Shown: positions 1 to 11,452 of the stretch, piece after piece
Layout: each line of letters opens with the position of its first letter
How positions within the stretch are numbered: position 1 is the first letter of the stretch
Assembly (NCBI RefSeq): GCF_006345805.1
Contig: NC_042999.1
Coordinates: forward strand, 132,804,001-132,868,000
Direction: 5' to 3'
From: Octopus sinensis
Lineage: Eukaryota
DNA length: 64,000 nt
Notes under the pieces: model-generated
Told to the model about the DNA's origin: nothing
What the model saw: only the letters and a program-made list of their open reading frames with translations
The model's database searches: none
Translations under genes and position numbers: made by a program

Positions 1-24
1 AGGTTATATGTAACCTCGTGAGCA

Positions 25-213
25 CCGCCAGCAATTTTTTCCCTCTGTCTTCCCTTCTCGGGATCTTTCCTTCTCCTTTGTTTCCGACGAAGAGCTCCGC
101 TCGAAACGTTAAACCCTCCTTCTTCCCTCCTTTCCTGAGCGTCCAATAATACTTTATTTGTTCCACGTCCTCGCGTTGCTGTGTTTTTTTGTGTTTTCTT
201 GTTTGGATTAACT
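25..213 (+). mobile_element. Short PLE-terminus-like element carrying a hammerhead motif, ending in (TA)n
   Basis: Pyrimidine-rich leader, HHR motif at 80-114, 'cctgagcgtc..taatac..tttgtt' tail running into (TA)n; related copies at ~13095-13260, ~22140-22335, ~34095-34285 (-) and ~39918-40000 (partial). Confidence 0.6.
80..114 (+). ncRNA. Minimal type-I hammerhead ribozyme motif (CCGACGA core variant)
   Basis: GTTT-CCGACGA-A-GAGC(TCC)GCTC-GAAAC-GTT-AAAC: stem I GTTT/AAAC, stem II GAGC/GCTC, palindromic stem III AACGTT. Confidence 0.6.
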
Positions 214-824
214 ATATATATATATATATTTATATATATATAGAGAGAGATGTATATATGTATATGTAGACCGATAAGTAGATAGATAGATAGATATATA
301 GATAGATAGATAGATAGACACATCTATCTGTTTATCTGTCTCCTATCTATCTATAGGTGCCTCTCTCTCTCCCTCTCTCTCTCACACACACACACACACG
401 CACACACACACACACTCTCTCTCTTATATCTATTTATCTAAATATACATACACTCTCTCATACATGTATATGAATGAATGTATATATATGTATGTTTGAA
501 TCTTTGAGTATCAGTACGTTTATGCACTTATAAGTATTTACGATGTTATTTAAATCCTATCTGTATAAATTTATCAGACTTTTGTCGTTGCTCCCAGGTC
601 CCTATATCTTAATTTATCATTATCCAGTTATTAAGCGCTTTTGTGATCTTCTGTTTCGGATGAGACTAGAGTATATCATATTTAAATTTCATATGTCGAA
701 TGTCACCCCGACGCACACAAACATGCATACATAAATACATACATACATATAGACAGAAAGACAGAAATAAATACATAATTACACACGTAATCACACACAC
801 ACACACACACACACCACAGACATA

Positions 825-884
<60 letters not shown>

Positions 885-1410
885 CCGCGCCAACGCACGG
901 TTGCAACACCCTATGGTCATAACTCCAACCGTGTTTTTTCTGCTGTGATTTTTTGCTACCCAGGTATCGGTTAAACTTTTGAATAATCCGTAACAAGATA
1001 ATTCATCTTTCCATTTCAACAAACATATATATATATATATATATCTATATATATATATATATATATCTGTATACACTCACACAGTGTGGGTGTGTTCTAT
1101 CTATTTATCTCTCTCCATACACACATACATACACTGTGTGCCCAGTGTGTGTGGGTGTGTATGTACATATTTGTGTGTATAAGCATGTACATATGTAGAT
1201 ATATATGTGTGTGTATATATATGTTTGTGCGTGAGTGTGAGTGTAAATGCTTGCGCATGCGCATATCTGAATGTGTGTTTATGGTATATGTGTGCAAGTG
1301 TGAGAATATAAATGACACATTGGAGGTGAATCAAGCGACATGATTTCAGGATAGACCTGTACTCGTCATTCAAAGATCGGTTAACCAACAACATATGTTT
1401 TATATATGAT

Positions 1411-1812
1411 AGGTGCAGACGTAGCAGTGTAGTAAGAAGCTTGCTTCCCAACCACATGGTCGTTGGTTCAGTCCCATTGCGTGGCACAGTGGGCAAGTAT
1501 CTTCTAGCATAGCTTCGACCCGACCAAAGCCATGTGAGTGGATTTGGTAGACGGAAACTGAAAGAAGCATGCTATGTGTTGTTTATATCTATGTGTGTAT
1601 CTTTGCGTCTGTGTTTGTCCGCCCATCACCGCTTGAAAACCGGTGTTGGTGTGTCTTTACGTCACCGTAACATAGCGGTCCGGCAAAAGAGTCTGATAGA
1701 ATAAGTACTAAGCTTAAAAAAATAAGTCCTGGGGTCGATCTGTTCAACTAAAACACTTCAAAGCGGTACCCCAACATAGCTGCTGTCATATGACTGAAAC
1801 AAGGAAAAGAAT
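1411..1812 (+). mobile_element. tRNA-derived SINE family A (internal microsatellite)
   Basis: Head 'ggtgcag..gtagtaagaagcttgcttcccaaccacatgg..ggttcagtccc', body 'ggatttggtagacggaaactgaaagaag', tail 'tgactgaaacaag.aaaaga'; more than 10 homologous copies in the window. Confidence 0.85.
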
Positions 1813-1898
1813 ATAGTACAGTCGTGAGTTTAAGAATTTCTCACTGCACTACTTGGTTCGAGATACGAACTCATTGCACGACACCTTGAGCAAGTGTT

Positions 1899-2355
1899 TT
1901 CTACCATATTCTTATTTTATAGACTCGAAAGGATAAAAGACAAAAGATGACATCATTAGGATTTGAACTCAGGGCATAAAGCGCCGGAATATATAGCGCA
2001 AAGCATTGTTTCCGTCGCTCGAACGATTCTGCCGACTCGGAAGGAAATAATAATAGAAAATTATTATTATTCTATGTAAGAACAACACCATATCTGAAGG
2101 GGACATAAAAAACGTTGTACCCGAACGATCATGTCTTTTCTAAGAGTATGAATATCCGAACCTTGTGGGCAGAATTTGGTTTTCTTCTTTTACTTGTTGC
2201 AGTCATTTGACGGCTGCCTTGCTGGAACACTTCTACGATATTCTTATTTTATAGACTCGAAAGGATGAAAGACAAAAGATGACATCAGTAGGATTTGAAC
2301 TCAGGGCATAAAGCGCTGGAATATATAGCGCAAAGCATTGTTTCCGTCGCTCGAA
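1899..2355. repeat. Local direct duplication of ~125 bp (1899-2023 / 2231-2355) of a decayed SINE-B fragment
   Basis: Both copies read 'ttctac.atattcttattttatagactcgaaaggat...tttccgtcgctcgaa' with few differences. Confidence 0.85.
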
Positions 2356-2370
2356 TCTTTAAATTTCCGA

Positions 2371-2443
2371 AGGTTCCGGCGAGTATCGAACTCACGACGG
2401 TCTGCGTGTAAAGCAAATGCTATAACCACTACACCACGTACCC
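2371..2443 (-). pseudogene. tRNA-Val(TAC) pseudogene
   Basis: Minus strand GGGTACGTGGTGTAGTGGTTATAGCATTTGC-TTTACAC-GCAGACCGTCGTGAG-TTCGATA-CTCGCCGGAACCT; anticodon arm (TAC) and T arm pair, two acceptor-stem mismatches, damaged D stem. Confidence 0.75.
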
Positions 2444-2444
2444 G

Positions 2445-2528
<84 letters not shown>

Positions 2529-3292
2529 CTCTCTCTCTCTCTCTCTCGCAAACACACACATTATATATATACATATGTGAGTGTGTGTGTGTATGTGTGT
2601 GAGTGTGTATATGTGTGTGTGTGTGTGCGCGCACGTGAAAGTGAATGTTCATTGATGTGAGATCTAAAATAAATGTTGAATAAAAAAATATCTGCTGGTA
2701 TTTTTGACCACCTACGTTGTTAATGCACTCAATCCTAGTTGATTTTCGAATTTCATCCTTCTCCGTTGACTATATACAATTAACCAAAACCTTGACGACA
2801 ATGCTTGAATGTGACTACAGTCAAAAGGCTGAAACCACTAAAAACACATAATAATACGCATTTAAAATTTATACGCAGTGTACGTAGTATGTTCTTTTCT
2901 TTTTAATTTCAAAGTAAATTTTGAGCGGCCACCGATTTGGTAGCAAGGTTGTGAAAGAAGTTATCTTCTTTTAACCATTTTCCTTTAAATCTTAAGAAGG
3001 TCTTTCAGATTTTTTCAGTCCCAGATATCGTGGTTATTAGTAGCACATGAGTCATGTATTTGCATTCTCTCCCCAAAATCCCAAGTTCACCCATACTTTA
3101 TACTAGAGAGTTTGGTACGCATCGTGTTGCTCCAATGATAATAGGCAGGAAGCTAAAAGTATATGTTGGCAACTGGATTTGCAAACTCCTTATCAATGGT
3201 CCATAGATGTCCTTTTTCTCTTGCATTTTTCTAACCACATTCCTGTCCAGATAGTAGATGATTTCCAGGTATGTATATATGTATGTATGTGT

Positions 3293-3545
3293 GGAGGCGC
3301 GTGGCTTAGTGGTTAGGGTCGCAGCACCATGATCATAAGATTGTGGTTTCGATGCGTAGACCGGGCGACGCGCTGTGTTCTTGACTAAAACACTTCATTT
3401 CACGTTGCTCCAGTCCACTCAGCTGGCAAAAATGAGCAACGCTGCGATGGATTGGCGTCCCGTCCAGCTGGGGAACACATACGCCATAGAAACCGGGAAC
3501 CCGGGCCCATGAGCCTGGCTAGGCTTTAAAAGGGCGCATTTATTG
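3293..3545 (+). mobile_element. tRNA-derived SINE family C (CORE-like and V-like segments)
   Basis: A box 'tggcttagtgg', 'tgttcttga..aaaacacttcatttcac', 'gcgatggattggcgtcccgtccag', (ATTT)n tail; near-identical copy at 47706-47965. Confidence 0.85.
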
Positions 3546-3563
3546 TATTATTTATATATGTAC

Positions 3564-3598
<35 letters not shown>

Positions 3599-3600
3599 TG

Positions 3601-3632
<32 letters not shown>

Positions 3633-3973
3633 GATTGTAGCCGCATATATGTCCCTCGCGGAGGCTTGGTGAGCCCCCAGTGAAGCCATGTAGAACGATC
3701 TGTAACAAGTTACAGCGATTTTCCTAATGAAGACATCCTCTAACCATATATAAATTACTCAGGTTTAGCTAGGCACATGAGGGTGCACTGAGAAAATCAT
3801 CAAAATGATCTGGAACAAGCAAGAGGTCAGAAGAATTTGTATATAAATCGAGCCTGCAACAAGTCCTGTAAGTCGTTGGCAGGATTGAAGAATCCTTGTT
3901 GTTATCACATGTAATGCCATCATATACTCATTTAACGAGTTGACAGCTACCACCATATGTGTATGTGTGTGTA

Positions 3974-4180
3974 TTCAGCGAGTTGACGAATTGATCTTCC
4001 TCGGTAGACGAGCCACAATCTGTGAGTTCGTAGCCTAACTGAACAGTCTTCATGATGCACAGATGGTGGAAAAATTTGAGCGTAAGAAAGTGAACACAAA
4101 GTGGGTACCTCAGCTTTAGTCACCGATCTGTATAAGAGAAAAGTGCAAGTCTGTTCTGATCAATTAGAAACGCTTGAAAC
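3974..4180 (+). mobile_element. Degraded mariner transposase N-terminal fragment
   Basis: Translates (with stop/frameshift) to IQRVDELIFLGRRATICEFVA*L...KKVNTKWVPQL, matching the mariner HTH and WVPxxL motif. Confidence 0.6.
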
Positions 4181-4245
4181 AAATGAAGACACTAGTCCCC
4201 CTCCCCTGCTATTGTGACAAAAGATAAAACACATATGCTTATATT

Positions 4246-4500
4246 CTTTTTTTTTTTTCGGTGAAACAATTTTATTTTATTAGAACATTCTAATACGAAG
4301 AAACAGAAAAGATTAAAGATAAGAAAGGAAAAGAAAGGAAAAACAAGACTGGAGGTAAGAAACGGTGGGTGGAGGTGGAGGGTTACATATCCCAGAACAA
4401 GTGGTGCGCACAGCCGCACTCAACCACGCCCCGCAGTGATGACTGCGATGGCATTGCCGCGGAGAATGGCCAGCGACGCTTGCTGCAGCGGCCACTGAGC
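4246..4500 (-). mobile_element. 3' fragment of an RLE-type (CRE-like) non-LTR retrotransposon with poly(A)
   Basis: Minus strand encodes QQASLAILRGNAIAV (typical QRxSxAxxRGNA C-terminus), then 3'UTR, AATAAA and an A-run (T-run at 4246-4258 on +). Confidence 0.55.
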
Positions 4501-4580
4501 TCAATACATAGAATAACGACACGGTTCTTCTCTAAGGCCAAAGTTTAAGAGTCAGCGATATGCATGGAAATGTATGCATA

Positions 4581-4757
4581 TACAAAGGGGTGCTGAAAAT
4601 AGGATTTTATTCTACATATTCCCCTCTCATATTCACACTTATTGCAGCGGTCCTTCAGTTTTTCAAAGTCCTATTAAAGAAGTACGAAGGTTGGGCCTCC
4701 AACCAGGCCTTTCGCGACAACCTTAAAGCCATGAACTTTTCAGTACCCCCTTATGTA
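4581..4757. mobile_element. Tc1/mariner-type MITE
   Basis: Imperfect TIRs 'tacaaaggggtgctgaaaa' / 'ttttcagtacccccttatgta', TA at both ends. Confidence 0.65.
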
Positions 4758-4895
4758 TGTATATATATATATAACATCATCAATATACCTCCTGTAGATA
4801 TATATAACGCATGGGTATATCTTTAATATACCTTCTATAAATACATATAAAATATGATTATATCTTCACAGTATCTTCCAATAGACACACACACA

Positions 4896-4941
<46 letters not shown>

Positions 4942-5815
4942 TACACGTATGATTATATTTGCAAAATATCTTATGATATGATACAAACACACGAATTTCA
5001 TTTCATCCCTGCTGTTGTTATACAAGAATATCAATCCACTATATAAGTGATGCTTTTACCAATGGGCCATCAACAGAGACTGCGAGTGATGATGTAGGCA
5101 TCAACCTTTGGAGCGACCACGATAACAGCAATTTGCCAGAGTGTGAGAAGATGGGTGGAAGTTGAAATGGGGGCGGTAAGAATAGCAGTGGGATGTCTAG
5201 AAAGTTATTCATTACCAACGTACTATGATTGATTTATTACTTGATGCCATTGCGGCTGGCTGACAGTGAGTCAATTGAGAAAGATTAGTTAGTATTAATT
5301 GCATATAACCCGGATAGCTCATCGGTCAATGTTAATTTGAGATTTCACAGTCGTCGACGACGTTATCAGAGAACTATGATGGCAGACCTACTGTGTTTCC
5401 TGTGGCTTCCACTTGTGATGATTGCAGTTATAAATGCTGATAATGTCGGATGGAAAAACATAGATTTCAGTATAAGGCTTAAAAACGACGAGTATGGTCA
5501 ATATGTTCTATTGATGGAAGGGAATCAATTATAAATAGCGGAAGAAAGAAAATCCAGTAATAATATCCAGATTCCGTTTAAAACAGATTTAGAAAATACT
5601 CGTATTCATTTCCCCGCAATCCAATATGCCTTTCATTTATTTAAGGGCTTTTAAAGTGGCAGTTATTATTTTTAATCTAAATGGATCTATAAACAGGGAT
5701 TCTTCAACATCAGCAAATAGACTAGGTTTAATCAACAATTATAAATAGGATTACATTTATTGGTTAATCCAAATGGCTTTTGATGTTCATGTCGAAATTA
5801 CGGGGAGTTTTTTTT

Positions 5816-5846
<31 letters not shown>

Positions 5847-6871
5847 AACTTCAAGTAACAATATTTCTCTCTTATTTTTGTCCTCTCGTCAGTTTATACA
5901 TCCCACCGCCACCGCTCTATCTTTAATGATTATCATTATGGTTTACGATTCCGTTTTCGCTCTTTATGTATTCTACACCAGCTATCGGCTGTATCCCATA
6001 GGATTAAGTTTCTGTTATAATTAACAATTTGGCCATTATAACTGTCCCCACAAAACCTAAGTTGTTAAACCATGAAAATAACTCATACAATTATAAGTAT
6101 ATAAAACAACTATTCAACAGAGAAATAATAGCTTTAAGTATATCATCATTAACGAAAGAAATTGTTCGAGGTTGATTGATGGCTATATGAAAATATATGA
6201 CAAACACAATTAATTAGAAAATACGAATAAAATAAATATTAACAAAATCTGAAAACACATAAAAATTACTTCTGCATTCAAATCAATTGATATTCTCCAG
6301 CAGCTCAAAGGATACTTAACGGCACTAAATGACATAACTTTATGTATATAGAAACTAAACATTTTATAATCGATATAATTTATTACACACATTTAAAGAA
6401 AAATACTTTATCGATATTAAGTTTCGAAGAGCGGTTACACGACATTATAAAGTTTATTGCCCCAAGAGTAATATACGTTACGTTAGACATACATCAATGT
6501 CTTTATCTGGGCATCTGACCATGCGCTACAATAAAACGATGATGTACGCATACACTCAAAAGAAGAAACAAAAAACCCCATCAAGTCATTATGATAGTAA
6601 CTAGAGTAAAATGCTAGTAAAATAACACGAAGATACATATATATGGATTTATTAAACACCATACGTGTGCGCACGCACACACACACACACACACACACCG
6701 CACGCATACACTTACTCACTCACACAAACGTATGTATAATGTGTAGTGGTTAAGTGATAAATAGCAACAAACGTTTACTGATGAAAGTTCGATATTGCAG
6801 TTAAATTTATTATGTAGAGACTGTCATCTCTCGCACCTTTTATATACATACATACATACACACACACACAC

Positions 6872-6932
<61 letters not shown>

Positions 6933-7036
6933 CCGGAGTAAACACATAAATGTGAAACAAGGTGGAAAAAAGAGTACTCAAATACCAGTGGTAGAGTAAT
7001 ATGCTTTATTTAAAGCAGCAGAAAATTCAACAAAAC

Positions 7037-7074
7037 CTGTTACTCTGAGTTTCCCGTTGCCGTTCGTCGGACAG
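7037..7074 (-). ncRNA. Type-I hammerhead motif (CCGACGA core), inverted partner
   Basis: Exact reverse complement of the 7088-7125 motif. Confidence 0.55.
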
Positions 7075-7087
7075 TTTCTAGCAAAAA

Positions 7088-7125
7088 CTGTCCGACGAAC
7101 GGCAACGGGAAACTCAGAGTAACAG
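7088..7125 (+). ncRNA. Type-I hammerhead motif (CCGACGA core)
   Basis: CTGT-CCGACGA-ACG(GCAA)CGG-GAAAC-TCAGA-GTA-ACAG: stem I CTGT/ACAG, GNRA-capped short stem II, quasi-palindromic stem III, GUA triplet. Confidence 0.55.
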
Positions 7126-7162
7126 GTTTTCTTGAATTTTCTGCTGCTTTAAGTAAAGTATA

Positions 7163-7620
7163 TCTCTTATTATAAAAGGCAGATTTTATCTGCCTCCCTT
7201 TGGGAGTTATACAAATCTACAATATAGGATTTCTTCAATTACAATTTACCTTGCATTTTTAAGAGTACAATGCATCGCGTCATGCCAGGTCCAGTTTTAA
7301 AAATTTAAACTCCAGTTAAGCAAAATTTACAGAAAACTCACATTCTGGTGTGTGTGTCAAATGCTTTTCTTAGTCTGGTTTACAGCACACGCAAACGCAC
7401 ACACACAGTGGGCAACGAATAAAATGAAAGTAATTGCCTTACTGTAGTGAGTGATTCTTTCACTCTGCCTCCCACTTCCTCTTTCCACACAGACACGCAA
7501 ATATATAAATAAAATTGTAAGCTAACGTGCGTGTGTGTGAGTGCGTGTGTGTGGTGTGCGCGTGTGTGTCTGTGTGAGGGTGCGTGTGTTTGTGTGTGTG
7601 TGTGGTGTGTGTGCGTGTGC
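7163..7620 (+). mobile_element. Probable non-autonomous Helitron, 5' part
   Basis: A|TC start followed by 'tcttattataaaa', like the 8950 element; truncates the right arm of the inverted repeat; 3' end not found. Confidence 0.4.
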
Positions 7621-7680
7621 GTGAGTGTGACAGGAAAGTTTTTTTACGACGAATATAACACCTATATCCAAGTAGCAGAA

Positions 7681-8160
7681 AGATAAGACAGTAAGGTGTG
7701 ATTTGAGGGAGATTTGGCTGCTATTTCTACCATGTCTAGCTGCCATGTAGGGGTCTCCCTCATAGGCTCATACATACATATATACATAGATAAGACAGTA
7801 AGGTGTGATTTGGGGAAATTTGGCTGCTATTTCTACCAGGTCTAGCTGCCATGTAGGGGTCTCCCTCATAGGCTCATACATACATATATACATAGATAAG
7901 ACAGTAAGGTGTGATTTGGGGGAAATTTGGCTGCTATTTCTACCAGGTCTAGCTGCCATGTAGGGGTCTCCCTCATAGGCTCATACATACATATATACAT
8001 AGATAAGACAGTAAGGTGTGATTTGGGGGAAATTTGGCTGCTATTTCTACCAGGTCTAGCTACCATGTAGAGGTCCCCCCCATTGGCTCATATATATATA
8101 CATACATAAGACAGTAAGGTGTGATTTGAGGGAGATTTGGCTGCTGTTTCTACCAGGTCT
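7681..8160. repeat. Tandem repeat, ~107-bp unit x ~4.5
   Basis: Units start at 7681, 7788, 7894, 8001, 8104 ('agataagacagtaaggtgtgatttg.ggga.atttggctgctatttctacca.gtctagc...'). Confidence 0.95.
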
Positions 8161-8230
8161 GTTAGGCCTTCTCATGTAAACTCAAGCTTTCTCATGCCTT
8201 CAACATATGACCAAAGCAGAGAATGTATTC

Positions 8231-8470
8231 TTTTATTCTTCTGCTTTTTCCAGCCATTGGTCTGTGGCCATGCTGGGGCAATGCCTTGAAGAATTGTAGT
8301 TTAATGAATCAACTCCAGTTTTATTTTTGTAAGCATTGTACTTATTCTATCTGTTTCCTTTGTCAAACCACTAGGTGACAGGGATGTAAACAAACCAACA
8401 TTCGTTGTCAAGCAGTGGTGGAGGACAATCACAAGCACAGACACGCACACACACACACATACATGCATAC
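8231..8470 (-). mobile_element. SINE family A, 3' half
   Basis: Reverse complement of the family A tail ('ggccatgctggggca..gccttgaag', 'gttgtcaagc'). Confidence 0.75.
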
Positions 8471-8525
8471 ACATATACACACATACATACATACATACAT
8501 ATATATATATGTGTGTATATATATA

Positions 8526-8784
8526 TTGCAGCGTGGAAGGTGTTTGTAAGCCATTTAAGAAACACACAAAAACCGTTACATTCACTTCAACATTTAAATT
8601 TAATTTGCCAAAATATTTTCCTCGCTTTGAGACCGCGACCTGTTCACTGACAAAAATATCGTGCTAACAGGTCGCGGTCTCAAAGCGACGAAAATATTTT
8701 CACAAATTAAATTTAAATGTTGAAGTGAATCTAACGGTTTTTGTGTGTTTCTTAAATGGCTTATAAACACCTTCAACGTTGCAA
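8526..8784. repeat. Long inverted repeat (~119-bp arms, 21-nt spacer), PLE-terminus-like
   Basis: 8526-8644 is the reverse complement of 8666-8784 with few mismatches; flanked by (TA)n; resembles the terminus at 17070-17160. Confidence 0.9.
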
Positions 8785-8949
8785 CTGTTTTCGTTCCAGC
8801 ACACGATCTCAGATCAAGTCACTTGCTATGCAAGTACATCTCTGTAACTATATATATATTATATATATATATATATATATGTATATTGGTAAAAACAGTA
8901 AGATAACAAAAGAAAGAAAGAGACCTCAATATTATGTAAATAGAGGAAA

Positions 8950-9343
8950 TCTTTATATATAAAAGTGAGGTTGTGTGTCTGTCTCCTACGATTTAGATTC
9001 CTAACTACTCCCACATTTTGCGGTGCAGTTTAACCAAAACCGGGTATCTTATAGTCGTGATTCATATCGAGACCGTCTGGGTATTAGCGCGCGTCTACGA
9101 TGAGTCTACGATTTAAAAAGAAATTTACCATCAATTTTTCCCATTTTAATGCATTTTTGGCATATATAAGGGAAGTAACTCTCTAAAATTTATTATTAAA
9201 TCTCAGAACGTAAAAAGCTACAGTAACACCCCTCCCCCTTTGTGGTTAGCCATATTGAGATGGCTATTATACTTTACATCTCTAAAAATGCTTATATAAT
9301 TATTTCCCTTACAAACCCGAGCAACGCCGGGCGATACTGCTAG
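8950..9343 (+). mobile_element. Non-autonomous Helitron
   Basis: 5' TC + 'tttatatataaaa..tgtgtgtctgtc', 3' GC hairpin 'cccgagcaacgccggg' then CTAG, inserted between A and T with no TSD. Confidence 0.8.
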
Positions 9344-9364
9344 TATATATATATACAGGTCCTT

Positions 9365-9603
9365 TGTTATTTTACTTGCTTCAGTCATTTGACCGTGGCC
9401 ATGCTAGAACACCACCTTGAAGGGCTTTAGTCGAGCAAACTGACCCCCAGGACTTATTTTTTAAATGTAGCGCTTATTCTATCTGTCTTTTTGCCGCTAA
9501 GTTATCGGGGCGTAAAAACACACCAATACCGGTTGTCAAACGGTGATTGAGGTAAAAGCACAGACACACAGACACGCAGACAGACAGACACACACACACA
9601 AAC

Positions 9604-9666
<63 letters not shown>

Positions 9667-9679
9667 CTCTCTCTCTCTC

Positions 9680-9712
<33 letters not shown>

Positions 9713-9888
9713 ACACACACACATATAGCGGCCTTCTTTCAGTTTCCGTCTACCAAATCCACTCGCAAGGTTTTAGTCGGCCGGAGACTACATTAGAAGA
9801 CGCTCGACCAAGGTGCCACGCTGTGGGACTGATCTCGGAACGATGTGGTCGGGAAGCAAATTTCTTACCACCTAGCCACGCCTACGCC
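9365..9888 (-). mobile_element. SINE family A, full length
   Basis: Complete head, body, (CA)/(CT) microsatellite and tail on the minus strand. Confidence 0.85.
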
Positions 9889-9904
9889 TCTGTGTGTGTG
9901 TGTG

Positions 9905-9937
<33 letters not shown>

Positions 9938-10260
9938 TGAGTGTGTGTGCGTGTGTGCGTGTGTGTGTGCGCGTGTGCGCGTGTAAAACATGAAAATGAG
10001 CTAAGATAAATAACTAAGACTGGCCGGTGAAATGTATTTGAACAACAAATACAATGAAAGCTAATTTACATGCTATACAGTATAAAATCTTGATTTATTG
10101 ATATTATCTCATCTTTCAGAGAAGGTAGAAGGATCGCTTGGTAGCAACTGGGACAAACTCCAAATGGAAAGGGAAGATAATCTAATGAATCAGAAATTCT
10201 CCAAAACTGACATGTCATTAAGAAAATAATACTAATTATTTGCAGATAAGAAGATAGCTG

Positions 10261-10305
10261 TGAACACTTGTTTCTGCCTTAATAGGCATCCTCAGTTGTC
10301 CCAAC
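10261..10305 (-). ncRNA. Hammerhead-like core (CTGAGGA-stem II-GAAAC), stems I/III degenerate
   Basis: Minus: CTGAGGA-TGCC(TATTAA)GGCA-GAAAC-AAGTGTT; a related copy at 34005-34030 (-) has palindromic GAAACATGTT. Confidence 0.4.
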
Positions 10306-10656
10306 GTATTTCCAGCAGAGGGAAACATAGAATCAGTGGTGAGGTAATTTCTGAAAATAGTCCAAAGTGACTATTGACATGTATTTGAAGAACAAAAGCG
10401 ACAAATTTTGAAAATTCTGGCTTCTTCAGATTATCTCCCTTCCTCATTAAGAGTTGGTCCCGACTACTATCAAGTGATTGCTCCCCCTTTTCTAGTAGCT
10501 AAGATAATTTATTTTACGTTTTACTTTTTGTTTGCGAGATTCATAAATGGAGACCGTTTATTGAAACATTGCGTTGTCTTTTAAGAAAGTCATTGTGCCA
10601 ATAAGAAACTCAGTACTGGTCCTATTTCACTTCTTTTCTTCTTTTTCTTCTTATTA

Positions 10657-10865
10657 AGGCGACTAGCTGACAAAATCGTTAACACGCCGGGCAAAATGCT
10701 GAGTGCCATTTCGTCTATCTTTATATTCAAATTCCGCCGAGGTCGACATCGCCTTTTCATCATTTCGGGGGTCGATAAATTAAGTACTAGTTAAGCACTG
10801 GGGTCGATGTAATCGGTTTACTCTCTCCCGCCAAATCGCTGGACTCGTGCCAAAATTTGAAATCA
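10657..10865 (+). mobile_element. SINE family B (Meta-domain-like core)
   Basis: 'aaggcg..agctg.ca.aatcgtta.cacgccgggc.aaatgct' head and 'gtcgac.t.gcct.tcatc.tttcggggtcgataaattaagtac' core; many copies. Confidence 0.8.
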
Positions 10866-10904
10866 TTATTATTATTGTCATTATTATTGAGAGATAGAGA
10901 GAGA

Positions 10905-11390
10905 GGAGAGCATGCCACCAAAGTGACACTGGGGTACAAATATACGAAGCCCAATATACTCATCATTACTTCCCGTCTGACAAGGATACACCAGACACAT
11001 GCATCGCAACCATATGTGCGCGACATAGTGATCTTATATCAAGATAATCAGCGCATGACATTGCACGTGGGGCCCAGTCAGAATTTTCTTCAGATGGAAT
11101 AGGCCATCCCGCTTAAAATGTTCCTGAGTAAGAGTTGTTTAAGGATGTTCAACGAAACATCCTAATTCAAACGACCAAGAATTCCTCTCAAAACATGGCT
11201 ATGATGCTCCCCCGTAACTTCTGCTCTTGATCAGAGATGCACATATTGTCAGCCACTAAGAGACATGCTCAACTGATTCAGGTCAAACAACTGAGAAGCA
11301 AATCTGTAGTATTGAGGAGAATATTTGTTGTATCTCATCTTTTATACCAAGACAAAACATGTACATGATAAAACATCCAATCAGTTAAGA
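10905..11390. mobile_element. Unclassified interspersed repeat between (TTA)n tracts
   Basis: Complex sequence bounded by (TTA)n microsatellites on both sides; class not determinable here. Confidence 0.35.
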
Positions 11391-11438
<48 letters not shown>

Positions 11439-11452
11439 CATCATTATTATTA

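Larger units (their letters stand above)
6999..7163. repeat. Near-perfect inverted repeat (~79-bp arms, 7-nt spacer) holding two divergent hammerhead motifs
   Basis: Arm 6999-7077 is the reverse complement of 7085-7163; HHR motifs at 7037-7074 (-) and 7088-7125 (+). Confidence 0.9.

Noticed and set aside
5337-5534. ORF with signal-peptide-like MMADLLCFLWLPLVMIAVINA
   Set aside because: Short, no recognisable domain or clear splice donor; compatible with chance
6773-6808. CTGATGA...GATA hammerhead-like string
   Set aside because: GAAA box and stem II missing
7681-8160. Regularly spaced repeats as a CRISPR-like array
   Set aside because: No unique spacers; whole units repeat, and the context is eukaryotic
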